From: Candidatus Krumholzibacteriota bacterium
Lineage (GTDB): Bacteria > Krumholzibacteriota > Krumholzibacteriia > JAJRXK01
DNA length: 64,000 nucleotides
Reading direction: 5' to 3'
NCBI GenBank assembly: GCA_963806035.1
Contig: CAWDWO010000014.1
Location: forward strand, 1-64,000
Part shown: positions 31,066 through 40,844 of the stretch, piece by piece
Numbering within the stretch: position 1 is the first letter of the stretch
Layout of the letters: every line of letters starts with the position of its first letter
Program-made: the position numbers and the translations under genes
Notes under the pieces: model-generated
The model's input: only the letters and a program-made list of their open reading frames with translations
Database searches by the model: none
What the model was told of the DNA's origin: nothing

Positions 31066-34000
31066 TCATTTCAGCAGTGTCATACGCCTGGTGTCCCGGA
31101 ACGAGCCGGCCTCCATCCGGCAGAAATACACGCCGGAGGCCACCTGCTGCCCGCGGTCGCTCAGTCCGTTCCAGATGACATCGTGGCTCCCGGAGGCCCG
31201 CTCCTCATCGATGAGCACTCGCACCAGACGACCGGCAATGTTGAATACGCTCAACCTAACCCTCGCCGGCTGCGGCAGATCAAAGCTGATGGTCGTCACC
31301 GGGTTGAACGGGTTCGGCGCGATGCCGCGCAAGGCATACGCCCTCGGCAATGCGGGTTCGGTCACTCCCGTCGCCGAACCGATCATCTGCTCCAGCGCGA
31401 AGGCCGAGCCGGCGTAGCCCGCGTCCAACGCCTGCACGCTCCAGTACACCGGCGGTGCCGGGACGTCCACGGTCCAGCTCAGGTTGTGATTCGCATTCCC
31501 CAGGGCGGGGATGCATCGATAGCCGGAGGCGTCGTCGGCCATGGCGGCGGTGATCTCGCTGCCGCCCGGCGTGGTCCCCAACCGCAGGTTGTAGGTGAGT
31601 CCGGCGGCCGGCGTCTCTGCGTCCGTGGCCGCGTCCCAGCTGAGCGTGACGCCGCTTGCGGACCAGACTGCGGCGAGGTTGCCGGGCGCCGTCGGAGGGG
31701 TGTTGGGGATCGGAGTGAGATTCTCGTACACCTTGGCCACCTCTTGGTATCCAGAATCTAATCCGGTGAGCAGGATGTCGAGGTCGCCGTCGTTGTCGTA
31801 GTCCCCCCAGGCGACCGAGGAGACAGAGACTCCGGTGAGTCCGGCGGGGACTTCGGTGAAGGCGCCACCGGTGTTCTCGTACACCTTGGTCACCGGGCCT
31901 CCAGAAGCGTATCCGGTGAGGAGGATGTCGAGGTCGCCGTCGTTGTCGTAGTCACCCCAGGCGACCGAGGAGTCGTAGACCCCGGTGAGTCCGGCTGCGG
32001 GGACTTCGGTGAAGGCGCCACCGGTGTTCTCGTACACCTTGGTCACCTTGTTGATTCCAGAATCCCCTCCGGTGAGCAGGATGTCGAGGTCGCCGTCGTT
32101 GTCGTAGTCCCCCCAGGCGACCGAGGAGCCAGAGACTCCGGTGAGTCCGGCGGGACTTCGGTGAAGGCGCCACCGGTGTTCTCGTACACCTTGGCCACCG
32201 GGCCTCCAGAAGCGTATCCGGTGAGGAGGATGTCGAGGTCGCCGTCGTTGTCGTAGTCTCCCCAGGCGACCGAGGAGTAAGCGACCCCGGTGAGTCCGGC
32301 GGGGATTTCGGTGAAGGCGCCACCGGTGTTCTCGTACACCTTGGCCACCAGGCCTCCAGAAGGGAGGCCGGTGAGCAGGATGTCGAGGTCGCCGTCGTTG
32401 TCGTAGTCCCCCCAGGCGACCGAGGAGCTAGAGACCCCGGTGAGTCCGGCGGGAACTTCGGTGAAGGCGCCACCGGTGTTCTCGTACACCTTGGTCACCG
32501 GGATGTATGGCGGGGAAGAAGCCGTATTTCCGGTGAGCAGGATGTCGAGGTCGCCGTCGTTGTCGTAGTCCCCCCAGGCGACCGAGGAGTCGTAGACCCC
32601 GGTGAGTCCGGCTGCGGGGACTTCGGAGAAGGCGCCACCGGTGTTCTCGTACACCTTGGCCACCGGTTGGTATTCAGAATCTAATCCGGTGAGGAGGATG
32701 TCGAGGTCGCCGTCGTTGTCGTAGTCCCCCCAGGCGACCGAGGAGGACCAGACCCCGGTGAGTCCGGTTGCGGGGACTTCGGAGAAGGGCCCCGCCGTCT
32801 CTTCTGTGGCGAAGGCTGAGCCGGCGTAGCCCGCGTCCAACGCCTGCACGCTCCAGTACACCGGCGGTGCCGGGACGTCCAGGGTCCAGCTCAGGTTGTG
32901 ATTCGCATTCCCCAGGGCGGGGACGCGTCGGTAGCCGGAGGCGTCGTCGGCCATGGCGGCGGTGATCTCGCTGCCCCCCGGCGTGGTCCCCACCCGCAGG
33001 TTGTAGGTGAGTCCGGCGGCCGGCGTCTCGGCGTCCGTGGCCGCGTCCCAGCTGAGCGTGACGCCGCTTGCGGACCAGACTGCGGCGAGGTTGCCGGGCG
33101 CCGTCGGAGGGGTGTTGGGGATCGGAGTGAGATTCTCGTACACCTTGGCCACCGGGTTGCCTCCAGAATCGTATCCGGCGGTGAGCAGGATGTCGAGGTC
33201 GCCGTCGTTGTCGTAGTCCCCCCAGGCGACCGAGGAGTCATAGACCCCGGTGAGTCCAGTTGCGGGGACTTCCGAGAAGGCGCCGTCGGTGTTCTCGTAC
33301 ACCTTGGCCACCGGGTTTCCTCCAGAAGGAGGGAGTCCGGTGAGCAGGATGTCGAGGTCGCCGTCGTTGTCGTAGTCCCCCCAGGCGACCGAGGAGGCAT
33401 AGACCCCGGTGAGTCCGGCGGGGACTTCGGTGAAGGCGCCGTCGGTGTTCTCGTAGACCTTGGCCACGTAGTTGTATCCAAAAGCCTCTCCGGTGAGCAG
33501 GATGTCGAGGTCGCCGTCGTTGTCGTAGTCCCCCCAGGCGACCGAGGAGGCAACGACCCCGGTGAGTCCGGCGGGGACTTCGGAGAAGGCGCCACCGGTG
33601 TTCTCGTACACCTTGGCCACCGGGTTGTCTCCAGAATCCTCTCCGGTGAGCAGGATGTCGAGGTCGCCGTCGTTGTCGTAGTCCCCCCAGGCGACCGAGG
33701 AGAAATAGACCCCGGTGAGTCCGGCGGGAACTTCGGAGAAGGCGCCACCGGTGTTCTCGTACACCTTGGCCACCGGGCCTCCAGAAGCGTATCCGGTGAG
33801 GAGGATGTCGAGGTCGCCGTCGTTGTCGTAGTCTCCCCAGGCGACCGAGGAGCCAGCGACTCCGGTGAGTCCGGCGGGGACTTCGGAGAAGGCGCCGTCG
33901 GTGTTCTCGTACACCTTGGCCACCCAGTTGGATCCAGAATCCCTTCCGGTGAGCAGGATGTCGAGGTCGCCGTCGTTGTCGTAGTCCCCCCAGGCGACCG

Positions 34001-34961
34001 AGGACCCCCAGACCCCGGTGAGGCCGGTTGCAGGGACTTCGGAGAAGGTGCCACCGGTGTTCTCGTACATCTTGGCCACCGGGTTGGATCCAGAATCGCG
34101 TCCGGTGAGGAGGATGTCGAGGTCGCCGTCGTTGTCGTAGTCCCCCCAGGCGACCGAGGAGCCATAGACCCCGGTGAGTCCGGCTTCGATGTCCTCGAAC
34201 GGACAAAGGGTGGGGCGCGTCTGGAGCCCGGCGATCTCCGAGGGCGTCAGCACGCGTTCCCAGAAGCTCACGTCGTCGATCCAGCCGTCCCAGTTACGGC
34301 CGGTGCGATACCTGTGTCCGCCGATGATCAGTCCGGCCACGTTCGAAAGGGGGTCGTGCGACGCCATCGTCAGCACGGGGGCCCCGTCCAGATAGGCTCT
34401 GTGCTCCGCTGCGCTCGCGTCGTAGGTCACGATGATGTTGTGCCACTGGGAAAGATCCGGCTGGTCAAAATCCCCGGCGGTAATGCCGCCAGGCCACTGG
34501 GTGTAGACCTGTCCCCGATCGTCGTATCCGTCACCCTCGATGTCCCTCAGGCCATAGGAGACCGCGTAGGCATCGTTTCCTCCGATGCCCGTACTCTCCA
34601 TGATGAAATAGCGAAGGTCGTAGTTGCCGTCATCGATGTCGGAAAACGTCGCACGATACCAGGCGGAGTAGGTGTGATCCTGCCCTGAGGTGATAACCGG
34701 CGAGTCCACTTCGAGGTACTGCTCCAGCGCCCGCGTGAACCGTATCGAGGAGCCGAAACGTCCGGGGGCGCCAGGGGTGGCGCCGTTCGGATGGGTAGCG
34801 TTGAAACTCTGGCCGCCGAACGTGGCCTGGTACGCGTCCTCGCCGGACCCGTCGAAATTCCAGTAGGCCACCAGGCCGTCGACCAGTTCCGCGGCGGCAG
34901 GAACTGCATACAGCGCCGCCAGCACGCAGAGAGCCAGGAGAAGCAGGGTGATAGTTTTCAT
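31066..34961 (-). CDS. Secreted LamG-(7xFG-GAP + FnIII-like)x2-FlgD-Ig protein; -1 frameshift at 32152-32154
   Basis: Signal peptide; GLVAYWNFD...GWIDDVSFW LamG; 14 WGDYDNDGDLDILLT repeats; GGG at 32152-32154 where sister repeats have four bases; duplicated modules are offset by 1412 rather than 1413. Confidence 0.9.
31397..33153 (-). repeat. About 345-bp duplication of the FnIII-like module (31397-31741 and 32809-33153)
   Basis: Near-identical DNA encoding NLTPIPNTPPTAP...YWSVQALDAGYAGSAFA. Confidence 0.92.
31720..34190 (-). repeat. 14 near-identical coding tandem repeats of about 140-155 bp in two blocks of seven
   Basis: Constant core AGGATGTCGAGGTCGCCGTCGTTGTCGTAGTCnCCCCAGGCGACCGAGGA in every unit. 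Confidence 0.95.
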
Positions 34962-35530
34962 GAAGGTTCACCCTCCAGCGGATGTTGAAGGAGCCCTGAC
35001 CCCAGGGACCATGGCCACTTGGTCTGCAGCAGCGAGGGAGACTCGAAGGCCTCGTCCGGCCGACACAGAATTCCAGCTTCGTAATCGAGCTGCGTGCCCC
35101 AGGATATGGGATCACTTGTCACCCCGGGCACGCAGATCGTAATTTGGTACTGACCGGCGGTCGTCGTGGGACTTACGGTGACGTAAACCACGTCGTCGTC
35201 GCCATCGCCATCGAAGTCGGCGCTGGCCAGGTCCAGCTCCAGCTCTTCCACGACCGAATTGGAAGTCTCCTCATCAAAAAAATCCCATCCACCGAAAGCT
35301 GATGACACGTAATCGTGCAGCTCTCCCATGAGATAGCCGGATGAGCTGCCGCTATGAAATGCGCCAAGCGTTATGGGCTCAGCGGAATTGCCGAGTATGG
35401 TATTGCCCCAAAGGGGATGGGGTTTGGTCGCCTCTGCCCGAGCTGATGCAGACAATGCGGACAAAAGAAACACGCAGCTGAAAAGGAAGAGGAAGGGACA
35501 TGGTATTTTGACGGGCAGTGGAGGTTTCAT
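34958..35530 (-). pseudogene. Signal peptide plus one FG-GAP motif; probable N-terminal fragment of a large secreted protein
   Basis: AAGGAG RBS region; signal peptide ending ARA; SADFDGDGDDDVV; stop overlaps the start of the next gene. Confidence 0.55.
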
Positions 35531-35969
35531 CGACAACAACTCCTTTGGAACTCCGGTCCGTGAGAACGGCGGAACACCAGGGGGAAAAAGAGTCCTACGA
35601 AATGAACCCGACGGAAGCCGAAACTTGCCGCCTTATCTCAGCGGACGAGAGGAGCGGCAAGAATGCGGGAGACTCCCGTTCCTGACGGAAGCCTGGTTTC
35701 ATGTGGAGGCGGCGAGGCGCGTACGGTGATGGGAATTCACCAGAGGCCGCGACGCGGGCTGATCGCCGACCCTACCCCAGGGATACGTGCCAAAGGACCA
35801 AGGCAACGCGAGACGAGCGAACCTGAGGTAGGAACTTCAGCCTCGCCAGTATGAGGGATCGTGGCCGACCTGTATATAACAAGCTCCCATTATCTTATAT
35901 TGAAATGCTTCGCACTGTGGCAGTGACCCTGGACGAGCGTTCGGGCGAACAGAGTTGTCGGCCTCGTAC

Positions 35970-38066
35970 CTACTTGAGCAAAGCCATCTTCTGCGTCTCC
36001 ACTCGATCGCCCGCTTTCAAATGCGCCAGATACACGCCGGAGGGCATGGCCTTTCCGCTATCGTCACGTCCATCCCAGCTGCGCACGTAATGCCCTGCCT
36101 CGAAAATCGCGTCGGCAAGCACGGCCACCTTGCGCCCACTGGCGTCGTAGATCATCAAGCTCACCGGACCGGCCTGCTCGATGTCGAAGGCGAGGCGAGT
36201 GCGCGGGTTGAAGGGATTGGGGAAGTTCGGTTGCAACATGGGGCGCGAGGCTGAGGGAATTTCCTCGGCAACCGCGGTGGGACAGGTCCGCATGGTCTCG
36301 GACATCACCCCGCGGAACAACTCCTTGGCGGCCGTTTCGACCCGGTTGAAGGTGTCGGTGTTGTTGCTGCCGTTGTTGACGAAGACTCCGAACACGAAGT
36401 CCCGATACACCAGTCGCGGGAAGGTGGCGCAGGTCGGCAGGCTGACGATTCCCGCGATCGCGATGTACTCGTGGTTCGTGCTGTTGAAGATCAGGGTGTA
36501 ACCGCCGGGTTTCCAGGCCTCGCGCACGTTGGCCCAGTAGCTGTCGGCGGTGTTACCGATGCCCAGGCTCGTGGCGACCTCGTTGACGAGGTCCTTCAGA
36601 TCGGTCGTGAACCACCAGGGACTGGGGGTATCCTGATTTTGCATCAGGCTGTAGTAGGTGTCGCGCATGGGAGTGCTCAAAATCTGTAGGGTCTCGATGC
36701 GTTCGAACAGCTCGCCGGCATCGCGGAGGGTCATCATGTTGGGATTGGCGATGGCGTCGGAGCCACACCCCAAGGTGTGCTGGGCCAGGGTGCTGGTCAT
36801 GCCCGCGATGTTCTGGGCGGTGGCATTGATGGCCGGCAATCCGTAGAGGTCGGCGATGGCCTTGGCCGCGGCGTTGTCCGAATTGACCATCATCCTTCGC
36901 AGCACCTCCTGCAGAGGCTGACTATCGAAGGGTGCGCCGCCAATGGGACAGCTGCCGCTGTAGTTCACCGAGTAGTTGATCGGCGTAAGCAGGGTGATGT
37001 TACCCGCCATCACCTCGCGGATCGCCTTCAGATGGTAGGTGGTCTTCATGGTGCTGGCCGGCTCGAACTGGAAATCCGGCTGCAGGGAGGCGTAGGTCGG
37101 CCCGTTGATCTCCCGCAGATAGCAACCGGTGTCTCCATCGGAGCCCCACTCGAGGATGCTTCCGATCTGCACCGTCAAGTTCGAGGAATTGTTCAGAAGA
37201 ACGATGTTGTAGCGATCCTGCCCGCCACCGTTCAGGTAGTGGTCGATGTCCACGATGCGTGAACCGGCCTGACTGGCCTTCTGCCCTACCTGATCGAAGG
37301 TCAGACCGTAGTACCACCACCAGGTGGCCGGCGTGTGATAGCCTTCGTCGATGAGGATTGCATCGAATGTGGGAGTTGCCGGGTCGCGCACCTCGAACTC
37401 GAGGATCCGCATGTTGTTGGCATCCATGTAGTTCTGGATGGTGGTCAGGTCCGTGTTGTAGTACCAGGCCCAACCGGCGGCGTCCTCGCCCGTGTTTGCG
37501 ATCATGATGGCGGCGTAACGCGTGCCGGAGACGGTGCTGTAGGACTCGAGATCGATCAGCCTCGCATTGTTATTGCTGAGGTAGGTCGAAATATCGGTGG
37601 TCGTGGTACCGACGTAGTACCACCAGGCTTTCTGTTGAGCCCCCGTGTTGGGAACCATGACCACGGCAAAGCGTTCGTTGCCACCATCGATGTAGCGCTC
37701 GATGTCGATCAAGCGCGCATCGTTGTTGGTGAGAAAGGTTCCGATGTCCGCGAGAGTAAGACCGAAGTACCACCAGAATCCCGAGGCGTAGATTCCCTGG
37801 TTCTTGACGAAGGCACAGGTAAAGCGCAGCGGGGATTCGCTGTAGATCTCGATGTCGGTCAGGCGGGCGTTGAAATTGTTGATCTGGTCTGTGATCTGGG
37901 CTTCGGTCACGTTGCTCAGGTAGTACCAGGCGGTCTGGGTATCCTCGATCCTCTCGGGATCAACCGTGGCCTGGGCCAGCGTAGGAGCTAGAAGGAAAAG
38001 TGCCACGATGGCGCAGAGGCTATGCCGAAGGTAGCGATTACCTGGCATGGATCTCAGGGGTACCAT
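35970..38066 (-). CDS. Secreted tandem-repeat (BTRD1/polyglycine-hydrolase-like) plus class A beta-lactamase-fold serine hydrolase plus FlgD-Ig CTD
   Basis: Repeats WWYxG...NARLIDIE.Y...RFAxxM; FEPASTMK (SxxK), NSDN, WKPG; PNFPNPFNP. Confidence 0.85.
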   Translation of the reverse strand: MVPLRSMPGNRYLRHSLCAIVALFLLAPTLAQATVDPERIEDTQTAWYYLSNVTEAQITDQINNFNARLTDIEIYSESPLRFTCAFVKNQGIYASGFWWYFGLTLADIGTFLTNNDARLIDIERYIDGGNERFAVVMVPNTGAQQKAWWYYVGTTTTDISTYLSNNNARLIDLESYSTVSGTRYAAIMIANTGEDAAGWAWYYNTDLTTIQNYMDANNMRILEFEVRDPATPTFDAILIDEGYHTPATWWWYYGLTFDQVGQKASQAGSRIVDIDHYLNGGGQDRYNIVLLNNSSNLTVQIGSILEWGSDGDTGCYLREINGPTYASLQPDFQFEPASTMKTTYHLKAIREVMAGNITLLTPINYSVNYSGSCPIGGAPFDSQPLQEVLRRMMVNSDNAAAKAIADLYGLPAINATAQNIAGMTSTLAQHTLGCGSDAIANPNMMTLRDAGELFERIETLQILSTPMRDTYYSLMQNQDTPSPWWFTTDLKDLVNEVATSLGIGNTADSYWANVREAWKPGGYTLIFNSTNHEYIAIAGIVSLPTCATFPRLVYRDFVFGVFVNNGSNNTDTFNRVETAAKELFRGVMSETMRTCPTAVAEEIPSASRPMLQPNFPNPFNPRTRLAFDIEQAGPVSLMIYDASGRKVAVLADAIFEAGHYVRSWDGRDDSGKAMPSGVYLAHLKAGDRVETQKMALLK

Positions 38067-38363
38067 GGAGGTGTCCTTTGGGTTGTCCGGGGAATTTGGA
38101 CCGTCGTCGCAATCGGGCTGATGGGAAGGCGTGCTCCGAAGGGACGGCTTAAGGCATTAGGGCACACATCCACGGTTTCACAAAGGAGCTTTGGGGAAAG
38201 TTCTCAAGGGGCGCACTCGGCCGCGCCTAAGCTCATTAGATATAAGGTCTGGCTATGTTCCGATGGTGACAATCCGTGCCTTGACCCGGCCGTTTGGTCG
38301 CGTGCTCTCTTTGGGCCTCTCGCTGACAAAGAAATCGTTAGCTCGATCTCTCTCCTTCGATTC

Positions 38364-40259
38364 TTACTTGATCAGCGTCATGCGAATCGCCTGGTGGTAC
38401 TCGCCCGCATCCAGACGGCAGACGTACACGCCGGAGGCCACGCTGCGCCCGGAATCGCTCCTTCCGTCCCAAAGCGCCTCCCGTTGACCCGCCGCGATTT
38501 CCTTGCCCGCGATGAGTGTCCGTACCAAGCGACCCGCCAGGTCGTAGACCCTCAGCTTGACGCGGGAGTCGCGCGGCAGCTCGTAACGGATGGTGGTCCG
38601 TGGATTGAAGGGATTGGGCACTGCCTCGTGCAAGGCGAAACGGCGCGGCATGGGAGCTGCGTCGTCTTCCACTGCGGTAGCGATGGTCGACGCGAACGGT
38701 GAGCCCACGAAAGCCCCGTCAATGGCCTGCACGCTCCAGTAGTAATCCGGGCCGAGAGGAAGTTCAAGCGTCCAGCTCGTGCGGTGGTTCAGGTTGCCCA
38801 TCGCTGCAACCAGGCGCTTCCCCGCCGGCCAGATCGCCATGCCGGGCATCACTTCCTCTCCATCGGGGAAGGTACCGACCCGCAGGTTGTAAGTGAGTCC
38901 CTCCGTGGGAGTGATGTCGTCGCTCGCGGCGTCCCAGCTGAAAGTAATCGCGTTTCCTTCCACCGTAGCCGAGAGGTTCGACGGCGCGCTCGGCGCCAGG
39001 TTGGATACCCCAATGTTGTTGGTGAAGACTCCAGTGAGATACTCGGAGCCCGTGTATCCCATGATCAAGAAATCGAGATCACCGTCGTTGTCGTAATCGC
39101 CCCAGGCCACCGAGGAATCACACACGCCGGGCAAACCCTCCCCCGCGTCCGTAAAGCTTCCGGCGCCGTTTTTGAAGACCTTCGTAACGAACTCTGTCCC
39201 GGTGTCGCCCGAGAGGAGGATATCCACATCACCGTCGTTGTCGTAATCGCCGCAGGCCACCGCCGAACGCCAGACGGGGGTCAGCGCCTGAACCGGCGTA
39301 AAATCGAGGTTGCCGAAGTTGTGATACACGAAGGAGATGTAGGTGGAACCCGTGTCGCCTGTGAGGACGAGGTCCAAATCTCCGTCGTTGTCGAAGTCAC
39401 CGCAGGCCACTGCCCCGTGCGCAACTCCGATCAAGCCGGCGCTGGCATCGGTGAAGCTGCCGCCCCCATCGTTGCGGTAGATACGCGAGATGTTCCCCGA
39501 GCCGGTATCGCCCGTGAGTACAATGTCGAGATCGCCGTCGTTGTCCAGGTCGGCCCACAAAGCGGAGGAAAAACTGATCCCGGGCAATCCCGCACCGATC
39601 GCGGTGAAGGTGCCGGCATCGTTGCGGTAGACCTCGGCGAGATAACCCGTCCCGGTGCTCGTGAATCCCGTGAGGAGAATGTCGAGATCACCGTCGTTGT
39701 CGTAATCGCCCCAGGCCGCCGCACAGTCGTACATGCCCGGCAACCCGGCTCCGATGTCGGTGAAGCTGCCGGCGTCGTTGCGATAGACCTTGGCGATGAA
39801 ACCCGTCGACGATCCTCCCGCGAGCAGGAAATCCAGATCGCCATCGTTGTCAAAGTCGCCCCAGGCCACCGAGCAGTCGTGCATGTCGGGCAGCCCGGCA
39901 ACGATGTCGTGGAAGGTGCCGTCGCCGTTGTTTCTCCAGATCCCGGCAATGGCTCCGACGCTCGTGAAACCAGAGATCAGGATGTCGAGTTTGCCATCGT
40001 CGTCAAAGTCGCCCCAGTTCAGCGAGGAAGGGGTGGGAATCGTGATCTGTTTGGCGAAATCCTGCGTGTCGGTGACGAGATCTATTCCGGTGAAAAGCAC
40101 GCTGTCATTTTGCTGCGAATGCGAAGTTGCGGCGAGAGCGCGGGAAGGAATTGCGAGCCACACGGTGGCCGTGAGAAAGGAGAGGAAGAGAAGCCAGGCG
40201 ATTGCGCGGTGCTCGAGTTCAGTCCATCTGTTTGAACCCGCCGTTCTGTTCATCGCCAC
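38364..40259 (-). CDS. Secreted 7xFG-GAP + FnIII-like + FlgD-Ig protein (diverged paralog of 31066-34961)
   Basis: Seven [W/C][G/A]DxDxDGxxDxxxxG repeats; LTYNLRVGT...YWSVQAID; VPNPFNP; GGAGG RBS. Confidence 0.92.
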   Translation of the reverse strand: MAMNRTAGSNRWTELEHRAIAWLLFLSFLTATVWLAIPSRALAATSHSQQNDSVLFTGIDLVTDTQDFAKQITIPTPSSLNWGDFDDDGKLDILISGFTSVGAIAGIWRNNGDGTFHDIVAGLPDMHDCSVAWGDFDNDGDLDFLLAGGSSTGFIAKVYRNDAGSFTDIGAGLPGMYDCAAAWGDYDNDGDLDILLTGFTSTGTGYLAEVYRNDAGTFTAIGAGLPGISFSSALWADLDNDGDLDIVLTGDTGSGNISRIYRNDGGGSFTDASAGLIGVAHGAVACGDFDNDGDLDLVLTGDTGSTYISFVYHNFGNLDFTPVQALTPVWRSAVACGDYDNDGDVDILLSGDTGTEFVTKVFKNGAGSFTDAGEGLPGVCDSSVAWGDYDNDGDLDFLIMGYTGSEYLTGVFTNNIGVSNLAPSAPSNLSATVEGNAITFSWDAASDDITPTEGLTYNLRVGTFPDGEEVMPGMAIWPAGKRLVAAMGNLNHRTSWTLELPLGPDYYWSVQAIDGAFVGSPFASTIATAVEDDAAPMPRRFALHEAVPNPFNPRTTIRYELPRDSRVKLRVYDLAGRLVRTLIAGKEIAAGQREALWDGRSDSGRSVASGVYVCRLDAGEYHQAIRMTLIK

Positions 40260-40402
40260 ACCTCCGGGGAGTTGAGGGTGGGACCCATGCGAGCTTCCTT
40301 AGAATATACCAAACGATCGAGAGCGAGAGCAACTCACCAAAATCCCGGCTTGGGGATCCATTTTCAACGAGTTCCGGCCGAGTGCCCTTGCCTGTCGCCG
40401 CA

Positions 40403-40831
40403 TCAAAACAAGCCACCGGGATGACTCTTGGACCAGATCACCCAGCTTGCCACCCAAGCCGCAATGAGGACCATCCCCGCAACCAGAAGAACTGCGGCGG
40501 TGTTGCTCTCGCGCGGCGTGGTCCCCTCCACTTCGATCTTGGAGATCTCGTCGATGGGGATCGTCTGGCTATCTACGCCGTAGTTTCCGGCTTTTTCGAT
40601 GACTAGTTCCGTCTTGGTGATTCGTCGTACGTTTCCGGTCGCCACGCTGCCATCGTTGCGCGTGACGCGCACGTCCGCGCCCACCCAAACTTCGGGCCTG
40701 CCATCGTCGTAGCTGGGACCGGTCGCCGAATACGGTAATCTGGCGGACATGTAGTTCGAGCATCCCATGGAACTCACGAGGAAGGCCATAATCGTCACCG
40801 CGACGATGCTTCGTGACAGGATGCCATTCAA
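40403..40831 (-). CDS. Putative lipoprotein with C-terminal hydrophobic helix
   Basis: GAGGAGG RBS; SSMGC lipobox-like motif; Sm-like stretch VRVTRNDGSVATG. Confidence 0.7.
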   Translation of the reverse strand: MNGILSRSIVAVTIMAFLVSSMGCSNYMSARLPYSATGPSYDDGRPEVWVGADVRVTRNDGSVATGNVRRITKTELVIEKAGNYGVDSQTIPIDEISKIEVEGTTPRESNTAAVLLVAGMVLIAAWVASWVIWSKSHPGGLF

Positions 40832-40844
40832 GGAAGGGACCTCC

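Noticed and set aside
31720..34190. CRISPR array (constant repeats with variable spacers)
   Set aside because: Units are in-frame FG-GAP coding repeats, the variable parts are short and related to each other, and no cas genes are present
35540..35960. Riboswitch or ncRNA in the long intergenic region (CTTGCCGC/GCGGCAAG hairpin, GACGGAAGCC twice)
   Set aside because: No match to a family I recognise, and the evidence is too weak in GC-rich DNA
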